DNA from: Mobula hypostoma | Lineage: Eukaryota | Reading direction: 5' to 3' | Assembly: GCF_963921235.1 (NCBI RefSeq) | Contig: NC_086097.1 | Span: 135,720,001-135,784,000 of the forward strand | Length of the DNA: 64,000 bases | In this document: in pieces, positions 25,055 through 35,366 of the stretch | How the letters are laid out: the number at the start of each line of letters is the position of its first letter | Numbering within the stretch: position 1 is the first letter of the stretch | Notes under the pieces: model-generated | What the model was told of the DNA's origin: nothing | The model's database searches: none | The model's input: only the letters and a program-made list of their open reading frames with translations | Position numbers and translations under genes: made by a program

Positions 25055-25712
25055 CCCTGTAGACATCAATGGATCTGGGGTTGAGAGGGTGAACAGCTTT
25101 AAGTTCCTCAGCATAAACGTCACCGAGGATCTCACATGGTCTATACATAATGGCTGAGGTGAAAGCCTCTTTCACCTCAGATGGCTGAAGAAGTTTGGTA
25201 TGGGCCCCCAGATCCCAAGAACTTTCTATAGGGGCACAACTGAGAGCATCCTGACTGGCTGCATCATTGCCTGGTATGGAAACTGTACTTTCCTCAATCG
25301 CAGGACTCTGCAGAGAGTAGTGCGGACAGCCCAGCGCATCTGTAGATGTGAACTTCCCACTATTCAGGACATTTACAGAGACAGGTGTGTAAAAAGGGCC
25401 CAAAGGATCACTGGGGACCCAAGTCACCACAGCCACAAACTGTTCTAGCTGCTACCATCCGGGAAACTGTACCGCAGCAAAAAAGCCAGGACCAACAGGC
25501 TCCTGGACAGTTTCTTCCACCAGGCCATCAGAGTGATTAACTCTTGCTGATACAACTGTATTTCTATGTTATATTGATTATCCTGTTTTATATACTATTT
25601 ATTATAAATTACTATAAATTGCATATTGCACATTTAGACAGATGTAACTAGATTTTTACTCCTCATGTATATGAAGGACGTAAGAAAATAAAGTCAATTC
25701 AATTCAATTCAA
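25055..25712 (+). mobile_element. Rex1/Babar LINE 3' part
   Basis: TFYRGTTESILTGCIIAWYGNC..LQRVVRTAQRI; (caatt)n tail. Confidence 0.88.
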
Positions 25713-26062
25713 GTTCCTCTCAACCATTCACCAACCTCCTTCCCTGTCATCTTTCCTCCCTAGGTAAAAGGAAGAAGAAATAAAGACTACTTTCCTAGTG
25801 TGGGCACATTTGCCACTCTCCGTACACTAATCTGATTTTGAGTTAGCAGCAACTTTATTCATTATGTGTTGATAATTTGTTCCAGGATTTTACTAATCTC
25901 AAGGAAAACAGATGCTTCCTCACATCTAAACTCATTCCACATTCACCAACTCTCCTGGGTATCTCTGAAGTAACCCATCTCCTTGGCCCTAGTGCTGTTA
26001 CTTGAGACCTCAACAGCCTCTCCTCAAGCTTTCCCAGAGCAAACAAAAAACACTCAGCTCTT

Positions 26063-27549
26063 TCTTTCTTTTTTCAATATTTTTATTAAATTTCATATAC
26101 ACAAATACAGAATTCATAAGGATGCTTATTATAAATCAAAATAAGGTAGCATAAAATACACTATATATAAATCACACTGATACAATCATGGTATCCCATA
26201 TTCATTATCAATCAAATAAAATAAATTGAATTATGAAATACAATAATATGGTTAATTATATTATTTTAAAAAATCTACATCCACTACCAAGACAAAACTG
26301 GTTGACAAAAAAAACAGAAGAAAAAAAAGAGTACTTTACCATATAGTGTTTTATAATAATAGCCCAGATCTATATTTTAATAACAATAACAATTCAAAGA
26401 TTTTCAAAATAGTTCAGAAATGGTCCCCATAACGTTTGAAAATCTTGATTAGAATCAGAAATGGAACAACAAATCTTCTCTAAATTTAAACGTGACATAA
26501 CATCGCATAACCATTGAGCATGTGTGGGGGGTGGGCAATCTCCTTCCATTTAAGCAAGATCGCCCTCCTAGCCATAAGAGAAATAAAAGCCAGCACCCGC
26601 AAATGAGAGGGCTCCAAAATTATAGCTCTTTCCTCAACAATACCAAATAAGGCAGTCAAAGGACTGGGCTTAAAATTAACTTTTAAAAAGTACAAAAAAA
26701 GTTTGGAATACATCTTTCCAATATTTTTCAAGGATCGAACATGACCAAAACATATGAATTAATGAAGCCTCTCCATTATTACATCTGTCACAATAAGGAG
26801 ATATAAACGAGAGAGCCTGTCTTTAGACATATGAGCCCTATGTATCACTTTAAATTGTAGGAGGGACTGACGAGTACATAATGATGAAGAATTAACCATT
26901 TTGAAAATAGCCCTCCAGGTCTCATCAGATAATGAAGTCTGTAAATCCTTTTCCCAATATGTTTTAATTTTGTCTAAAGGAGCCATTCTCAGTCCCAACA
27001 ACAGACCATAAATATAAGATATTGAGCATTGTCAAAAGGTTTCAAATTAAAAGTTACATCTATTATGTTCTTATCTGGGCTGGTAGGAAATATATGTAGT
27101 TTAGATCTTAAAAAATCTCTAATCTCTAGATAATGAAAAAAGTGGGTATTTTGATAGGTTATATTTCACTGAGAGCTGTTCAAAAGAAGAAAGATTCCCT
27201 CCACTAAACAGATTCTGAAATCGTTTAATGCCTAATCTATCCCATTCTCTAAAAAAACAGATCGGTCGTAGATGGTTTAAAAAAAATTTGAAAAAAATAG
27301 GACTAGAAAGGGAAAATCTCAATAAACCCAAAAGTTTTCTAAACTGTAGCCAGATCCTCAAAGTGTGTTTAACCACCAAACTGTCAGTTACCAATAATTT
27401 ATTTAAAGATAAAGGAAGAGAGGATCCAAGAAGAGAGATAATAGAAAATTTCATAACAGAGCTGGCTTCCAAAAAGACCCATATTGGACAATCCTCACGA
27501 TTAATATAATATAACCAGAACGTAAGATTTCGTATGTTAATTGTCCAAT
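26063..27549 (-). mobile_element. 5'-truncated L1-clade LINE with A-rich tail and 14-bp TSD
   Basis: ORF2 C-terminal pieces (QFKVIHRAHMSKDRL, HMFWS, ARRAILLKWK); AATAAA and A-rich tail on minus; TSD aacactcagctctt 26049-26062 / aacacttagctctt 27550-27563. Confidence 0.9.
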
Positions 27550-27594
27550 AACACTTAGCTCTTAAACCCCACTCTGGTACAGAGTGGGGTTCAA

Positions 27595-28510
27595 TACAAG
27601 ATTCAAAGATTCAAAGTACATTTTATTGTCAAAGAATGCATAGATTATACAACCTTGAGATTTGCTTGCTTACCGGTAGCCACAAAGCAAGAACTCCCTA
27701 AGAACCCAATTAACGTAAAAAATGACCAACATCAAGAGAAAGGAAAAAGAAACACAAATCATGCAAACAATTGAAGTGAACAACAACATTCCGAACCAAA
27801 TTGAATCCTCAGATGCAACACAGCCCGGAGCAGCCCTGAGTAGGCCCAAAGCCTCATTTACCAGTTCATCATATTAGAGGGCATGAAGCACAACAGCTGG
27901 GGCAGTCTTCATAGCCTCAGTACCATGGAGAGAGGCGTGACCATCATGGAAACGAGTGATACCGGCTCTCGCCTCAGATCCCAAAACCCTGTCTTTTCAA
28001 TCTATCTGGGTTGGCGTTTATATCGAACAAACAATGGAACAGTGAAAGGCTCCGGTGCTCTGAAGGTAGGAGTGAACATTGTGAAGCACAACAGAAATTG
28101 GCTCTCGCCTCCAATCTGGGCTGCTGTTTAAATTGTCTAATCAGTGGATGGTACCTCGCGCTAGGACCCGGCTACTGTGAAGGGCTTGGGGTTTAGAACA
28201 TGCCGTCCTGCCTGGTTCTGGGCCAAGATTTTGCTGCCCAGCCTGAAGCTGCTCTCAAGTTCTTCAATTCAGCTCAGCACCCAGAGTGATCCAACCTCAC
28301 ACCTGGGCCAGTTGTATGGGCATCAGATCTCCTCTATTCCGACTTCTCCTCCTGCCCCAAGAGCCATTCAGCTTTACACCTGGGCCAAAGTTACGGATAT
28401 TGGAACTCCACTGCACCAATTTCTCCTCTCTGAATTGCTCACTCCATCTGCATGAATTCAGCAACACACCATCTTGACTCATCCCCTGAACCTGCTTTGC
28501 CATCACTCTC
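27595..28510 (-). mobile_element. Non-autonomous retroposon with (tttgaatc)n tail
   Basis: Tail caagattcaaagattcaaagt plus atctcaaggttgtat..aataaaatgtactttgaa 3' end shared with 8740-8785 and 44062-44130; GC-richer body without a recognisable ORF. Confidence 0.55.
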
Positions 28511-28548
28511 CCCCTCACTGTTTACAGTGAAAATTTAACACAATTTAT

Positions 28549-30030
28549 CAGAATCAGAATCAGAATCAGGTTTATTATCACCGGCATGTGTCATGAAATT
28601 TGTTAACAGCAGTAGCAGTTCAATGCAATACATAATATAGAAGAAAAAAAACAAAATTAAATAATAATAAAAATAAATAAATAAGTAAATCAATGGCAGT
28701 ATATGTATATTGAATAGATCAAAAATTGTGCAAAATAAAGAAATAATATATATTTAAAAAGTGAGGTAGTTTTCATGGGTTCAATGTCCATTTAGGAATC
28801 AGATGACAGAGGGGAAGAAGCTGTCCCTGAATTGCTGAGTGTGTGCCTTTGGGCTTCTGTACCTCCTTCCTGATGGTAACAGTGAGAAAAGGGCATGCCC
28901 TGGGTGCTGGAGGTCCTTAATAATGGACGCTGCCTTTCTGAGACACCACTCCTTGAAGATGTTCTGGGTACTTTGTAGGCTAGTACCAAGATAGAGCTGA
29001 CTAAATTTACAACCCTCTGCAGCTTTTTTCTGTCCGGTGCAGTAGGCCCTCCCTCCCACATACCAGACAGTGATGCAGCTTGTCAGAATGCCATCCACGG
29101 TACATCTATGGAAGTTTTTGAGAGTAATTGTTGACATACCAGATCTCTTCAGACTGCTAATGAAGTATAGCTGCTGTCTTGCCTTCTTTATAACTACGTC
29201 GATATGTTGGGACCAGGTTAGGTCCTCAGAGATCTTGACACCCAGGAACTTGGAAACTGCTCACTGTGGTAAACCATGTATATAGGTTGTAACTGGGTTA
29301 CCTGTCTGGACATGCCTGGACATGCCCCTCTGCTGACTGCTCCTGTGGCTCCTCCCACAGACCCCTGAATAAAGGTGATTGTCTCGCTGCTCCTCCCTCA
29401 GTCCCAGACAGATATTCAGTATGGACGTGGGTCCATTTTACTGTTAATAAAAGCCCTTCAGTATCTACTCTACTTCTAGTCTTTTGGAATAATTGATAGT
29501 GCATCAATTTTATTAATAGTAAAATGGACCCACGTCCACTCACCCTCTCCACTTCTGATCCCTCTATGAGGATTGGTATATGTTCCTTCATCTTACCCTT
29601 CCTGAAGTCCACAATCAGTTCTTTCCTCTTACTGACATTGAGTGTCAGGTTGTTTCTGTGACACCACTCCACTAGTTGGCATATCTCGCTCCTGTACACC
29701 CTCTCATCACCACTTGAGATTCTACCAACAATGGCTGTATCATCAGCAAATTTATAGATGGTATTTGAGCTACGCCTAGCCACACAGTCATGGGTATATA
29801 GAGAGTAGAGCAGTGGGCTAAGCACACATCCCTGAGGTGTGCCAATGTTGATTGTCAGCGAGGTGGAGATGTTATCACCAATCCGCACAGGTTATGGTCT
29901 TCCAGTTAGGAAGTCGAGGATTTAATTGCTGAGGGAGGTACAGAGGCTCAAGTTGTGCAACTTCTCAATCAGGATTGTGGGAATGATGGTATTAAATGCT
30001 GAGCTATAGTCGATGAACAGCATCCTGACC
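28549..30030 (-). mobile_element. Rex1/Babar LINE with (gattct)n tail, interrupted at 29265-29538
   Basis: [43 protein letters not shown]; tail atcagaatcagaatcagaatcag. Confidence 0.93.
29265..29538 (+). mobile_element. Single LTR (29265-29506) plus 32-nt extension, TG...CA, 5-bp TSD ctcac
   Basis: TSD 29260-29264 / 29539-29543; host Rex1 is continuous once the insert is removed (compare ~59960-59985); TATA-like and AATAAA signals on +. Confidence 0.85.
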
Positions 30031-30817
30031 TCAGAAAAGCTGTTTTTAGTGACGTCTTTCGCTGAATTTCTTGCCTTTCTAACTAGTGAGCTGTCGCACA
30101 CATTCGGTAGCACCACCTTAACCGGAAGGTTATAATAGGGCTACATCTGAGATACTTCAGCATCGCAAACATGTGAGAGCTTATGCCTGTGTACATATGG
30201 CAGATACGATATGACCAAGGTTTAGCACAGGGAAGGGATTATGTTTCTGGTTCTGTATTCAGTAACACTGGCAATATATCTTTTTCCTTCGCCTGTGATC
30301 TATTTTAAATATGTATTTCTTTGTGTAGATCTAGAAGTTCAGTCTGGATCTATTGGGTAATAATTTATCCTTGGCCTACAGCCTTGTACTGAGAAATTCC
30401 AAGAACACAGTTCCTCAAATTGTGCTGTGGGGTTTCTTTGAACCCACAGAAGTGGGATTGTGAGCACTCACTTTACTGGCGTGTACAAAAGGTGAGAATT
30501 CTAACAGTAACACAAATCTTCCCCCAAGGTCTTCATCTACAAGATCTGAACCCAAGACTTTAAATCACAATTGACATTCAAAGTCACAGCTTGGAGCAAT
30601 TCATACTCTGGGATAGTCCTTGCTGGTACCTCAGAGTCAAAGCAGAGACTTGCTCATCTTTGTAGGGAAGTGTTTATTGCTTTGTCCCCTGAGAACTTGA
30701 AGAAGAGGACCAAGAGTTCTCTTCCTTCTGGGGAAAGGCAGGGATGACTCAGACTTAGAATCAGAATCAAATACATTAATTGTGGATGGATGTTGAATGC
30801 TAATGATAAATCAGGCT

Positions 30818-30908
30818 GCTCCTTCTCTGTCTCTCTCTCTCTCAATCTCCCTCTCTCTGCCTCTGTCTCTGTCTCTGTGTCTGTCTGTCTGTCTGTCTCT
30901 CTCTCTCA
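30818..30908. repeat. (CT)n/(TCTG)n microsatellite
   Basis: Direct reading. Confidence 0.9.
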
Positions 30909-32789
30909 TAATTAAACCCCTCTTTGCCTCTCGCTTTGATGGTAGCATCGTAATTGTCTTCAGAGTCTGTGACGGGCAGCAACCACAGCCACACCATGTA
31001 TCACATGTTTGTCTAGTTTAGAAAGTCTAGTGTTGCAGATGGAACAGTCTACCCTCCATGCAGGCTACAATACTGAGTAATCAAATACCCACTGAAGTAA
31101 GCAAATGTTGCCTGTGGTCCTTTTCCAACAAGTTCAACAGGGGGAGGGCAACTGGGAAATGGGAACAACAATTTAGTCACAGAATCATAGAGCATAGAGA
31201 CAGGTCCTTTGGCCCAACTGGTCCATGCTGACCAAGGTTCTCAATTATACTCACCCCATTTGGCAGTATTTGGTCTATATCCCTCTAAACTTTTCATGTC
31301 CATGTACAATTTACCTTTAATGCAAACAAATTATTGAGTAAATTAAATTTTTGCATTTAAAACCAAAAATAGTAAAAACCACAAAGTAGTGAAGCTCGCA
31401 TGTCTAAGTCAAAATGTTCCAGATGCAGATCGTGTGCAGGCTGATGGGATTAGTTTAATGTAGCATCTTGGTTGGCACAGATACGATGGGCTGAAAGGCC
31501 TGTTCCTGTGCTGCATTATGCTCTATATTGTAGCTTTGTGTCCCAGCGCAGAAACCCAAACACAATAACTCAGCCAGCACGGTAATATTACGTCAAGAGA
31601 GGCTACCTACTATTGTAGTTCAGGTGATGGCTGCTTCCAAGCTGTGCACATCAAGATCCCACAAATCCATTGCAATAGTAACCAGGCTAACTGTTTTAAT
31701 CATTTGTACTCAAGCAAATTACAATTTAGGAGTAGGAGCAGGCAGCTCACTCTCTCGATACTTTTCTCCCATGTAGTAAAATCATGGCTGACTTGACTAT
31801 AATCTAGGCTTTTCATTCCTGCCTCCTTGAAGTAACCTTTCACCTCATTTGCTTATCTGTCTCTCCTGAAAGTTATTCCATTCTCCTCCAAGAAAGTGAA
31901 ATCCAAAGACTCACAGCCCTCTGATAGAGGAAAACAATTCAACTCCTCTGTGTCTGAAATGATAACCACTTATTTCTAACCAATGATTGCCTAGTTCTAG
32001 ATTCTCTTCAAACATATCGGAGGTGGAGCAAAGTGGCAACGGTGTTAAACGGCAACTCCTTTGCTTGCATCTTCGGAAACAGCTCTATTTCCGTCTTTAA
32101 TATCCCTATTTTTCCCTTTCAGGGTTCTTTTGAAGACCCTGAACTGGAGTTACACGCTGACTACGGTTCTTTGCGGGAATGGGACCCACTCTCGGGGTTT
32201 CATAACTGGCTGTTGTTATTCGGCACACCAAGGGCTCAGCCCAAGAGTCTAGCTTAGCTTTGGAGGCCTAGGATCTCGGGGCTCTGGAGATGGGTGGATC
32301 GAAGGTTGGTGGCACAGCAGGAGACCCATGTGGTGTCGCGTGTATCGGAATATTTACGGCTGTGTGTTCAGATCTTTGGGCACAGAACTAGAAAAAAAAG
32401 CGACGTAACGGACTTTTAACATTGTAAACCAGTGAGTTGTTTGTTATGTCTCCCCACTCGCTGTGAAGATGGAGACATCACTTTCTCCCTTATTAGGGAG
32501 AGAGAGAGAGCCTGTGGTATGTCGAATACTGGGTGAAGCGTGAAATCTTTGGGGTAACTACAAGTCTGAGTCTTTGCTGTTACTTTGCTCACGCTTGAGC
32601 GCTCGGTGGCGGGTGCCGATATTTTTCTTGCCGTTGGGGGGAGGGGAGATTGGTGCTTGTTGCCGCTTACGTGCAGGAGGGAGGGGAGTGGGGGGAATTT
32701 TGGGGCTCTAACATTTAACTGTTGTTCATTCTTTGGGGAACTCCTCTGTTTTCATGGATGTTTGCGAAGAAAAAGCATTTCAGGATGTA

Positions 32790-33705
32790 CCAAAGTTGCT
32801 GGTGAATGCAGCAGGCCAGGCAGCATCTCTAGGAAGAGGTACAGTCGACGTTTCAGGCCGAGACCCTTTGTCAGGACTAACTGAAGGAAGAGTTAGTAAG
32901 AGATTTGAAAGTGGGAGGGGGAGGGCGAGATCCAAAATGATAGGAGAAGACAGGAGGGGGAAGGATGGAGCCAAGAGCTGGACAGGTGATTGGCAAAGGG
33001 GATATGAGAGGATCATGGGACAGGAGGTCCAGGGAGAAAGACAAGGGGGGTGGGGAACCCAGAGGATGGGCAAGGGGTATAGTCAGAGGGACAGAGGGAG
33101 GAAAAGGAGAGTGAGAGAAAGAATTTTAATTCCACATCCCATTCCCATTCTGACATGTCTATCCACGGCCTCCTCTACAGTAAAGATAAAGCCACACTTA
33201 GGTTGGAGGAACAACACCTTATATTCCGTCTGGGTAGCCTCCAACCTGATGGCATGAACATTGACCTCTCTAACTTCCGCTAATGCCCCACCTCCCCCTC
33301 GTACCCAATCCGTTATTTATTTTTATACACACATTCTTTCTCTCACTCTCCTTTATCTCCCTCTGTCCCTCTGACTATACCCCTTACCCATCCTCTGGGT
33401 CCCCTGCCCCTTGTCTTTCTCCCTGGGCCTCCTGTCCCACGATCCTCTCATATCCCCTTTGCCAATCTCCTGTCCAGCTCTCGGCTCCATCCCTCCCCCT
33501 CCTGTCTTCTCCTATCATTTGGATCTCCCCTCCCCCTCCCACTTTCAAATCTCTTACTATCTTTTCCTTCAGTTAGTCCTGACGAAGGGTCTCGGCCTGA
33601 AACGTCGACTGTACCTCTTCCTACAGATGCTGCCTGGCCTGCTGCGTTCACCAGCAACTTTGATGTTTGTTGCTTGAATTTCCAGCATCTGCAGAATTCT
33701 TGTTG
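32790..33705 (+). mobile_element. Penelope-like element: inverted partial pLTR, GIY-YIG C-terminus, pLTR; 11-bp TSD
   Basis: 33125-33283 reads FNSTSHSHSDMSIHGLLYSKDKATLRLEEQHLIFRLGSLQPDGMNIDLSNFR*; arms 32791-33124 and 33333-33662 are inverted; TSD ttcaggatgta 32779-32789 / 33706-33716. Confidence 0.92.
33574..33611 (+). ncRNA. Minimal type I hammerhead ribozyme motif (Penelope pLTR)
   Basis: tagtc-CTGACGA-agggtctcggcct-GAAAC-GTC-gactg: stem I tagtc/gactg, intact core, palindromic ACGT stem III, GUC cleavage triplet at 33604-33606. Confidence 0.8.
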
Positions 33706-34339
33706 TTCAGGATGTATATTGTATACATTTCTCTGACATTAAATGTACCTTTGAAACCTTTGAAGATGAAACATCTTCTCCACATCCACCATGTCAGCAC
33801 CACTTAGGATCCTGTGGGCTTCACAGGGAGATGAGGAATTCACAGGCAGTCCCTTATTGCCCTCAGGTGATGGCTGCTTCCTTAAACCATTGTAGACCTT
33901 CTGGTGAAGGTGCACCCATGGTGCTGTTGGAGAGGAAATTCCAGGATTTAGATCCCAGAGATAATGATGAAGAATTGGTGATATTAGTGGAGGACAGATA
34001 TCAGCCATACCAAAGGATGGATATGATGCTGTGGAGCCCATGTCATTGAGCGTATTTAAAAAAGAGATTGATAGACCGTGATTAGTAAGGGGGGTAGTTA
34101 AGGATTACAGGAAGAAGGCAGGATAATGGGATTTAAAATGTCAGCAGAGTATTCAATGGGCCGAATGGCCTAGTTCTGCTCTTATACCTTATGGCCTTAA
34201 GGGTAAATTCCATAAACCCTTTGAAAATAATGGCAAGGAGGCTTTATTTTAAATCCTGTTGAAATGACAACACGTCTGACTGTGTAACATTCTCTCATTT
34301 CTGCACATTTCAAAAAGGTGGGCACAGCATAGTTTAGTT

Positions 34340-34670
34340 ATTTTATTTAGAGATGCAGTGCAGGACAGGTCTCTCTGTCCCACCACGCTGTACTGCCCAG
34401 CTATCTATCTATTTCTATCCATAGTGTAATCACAGGACAGGACAACTTACAATGACCAATTAATCTTCTAAACAATACGTAAGAGGAAACAGGAGCACCT
34501 GGAGAAAACTCACCTGGTCATGGGGAAGCCGTACAAGTACTTACAGACGGCTCCAGAATTGAACTCTGAGCTCCAACACCCTGATCTGTAATGGCACTGT
34601 GCAGACCGCTATGCCACTGACGCACCGAGCTGTAATAACGTCACACTAACCACTACTGCTACCATGGCAA
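34340..34670 (-). mobile_element. tRNA-derived V-SINE (HE1-like)
   Basis: Reverse complement contains ctgtaagtacttgtacggcttccccatgacc..gagttttctccaggtgctcctgtttcctc, the V-SINE core. Confidence 0.7.
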
Positions 34671-35366
34671 CTGTAAGTGTCTGAAGGAAGAAAGGGGCAT
34701 CAGTCATCAAAGACCCCAACGTCTGGGTTATGGCCTCTTCTCACTGCTACCATTGGGCAGGAGCTACAGAGGAATAAATTCCCTCAACATCAGGTTCAGG
34801 AACAACTACTTTCATAGAACCATCACATACCTGAACCAGCCTGCACAATGCTAATCCTTCCTCAGCCACAAGTCCATCTCTTGCACTGTCATGAACTTGT
34901 CATTGATCGTAATTTTTTTTGCATTTTTTTTTTGCACAGGCTTTCTTTTCATTTCATTGTCTTATATCATTTATCTATAATTTATCATATGTGTGTTGTT
35001 CATACCTATGTGCCACTGCAGGCATTTTTTTCATTTTACCTACATCTCATTATATTTATGCACATTACATTAAATTGACTTGATTTGATACTCTTGTCCA
35101 TTGGGCATTACCCTCTGACCAGCAGCTGACAATGAAGACATCACTAACTTAAAGAAAAAATATTGGAAACACTCAGTAGTCAATGTCAGAATCTAAGTAA
35201 AAGTTGAGCTTATGGGCATATGCACAAACATGTGTATGTACAGGCACAATGAAAAACTTATTGCAGCAGTTTTACATAGCTGCATTCACAAGGGAAACGT
35301 AAATTATACACAAATTTTTACAAGAAAGATGTAATTACAACTAAAAGAGTCAACTTTAGTGCAAAC

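Larger units (their letters stand above)
32019..33762 (+). mobile_element. Non-autonomous element (family of 10350-11160) hosting a Penelope-like insertion
   Basis: Colinear with the reverse complement of 10350-11160; (tttgaa) tail at ~33750-33763; itself sits within a decayed minus CR1. Confidence 0.8.

Noticed and set aside
29298..29888. 196-aa ORF with RT motifs and a novel C-terminus
   Set aside because: Chance read-through from the Rex1 RT into the antisense LTR insert.
32733..33257. 174-aa ORF and overlapping ORFs
   Set aside because: They read through the purine-rich inverted Penelope pLTR; low complexity, not a gene.
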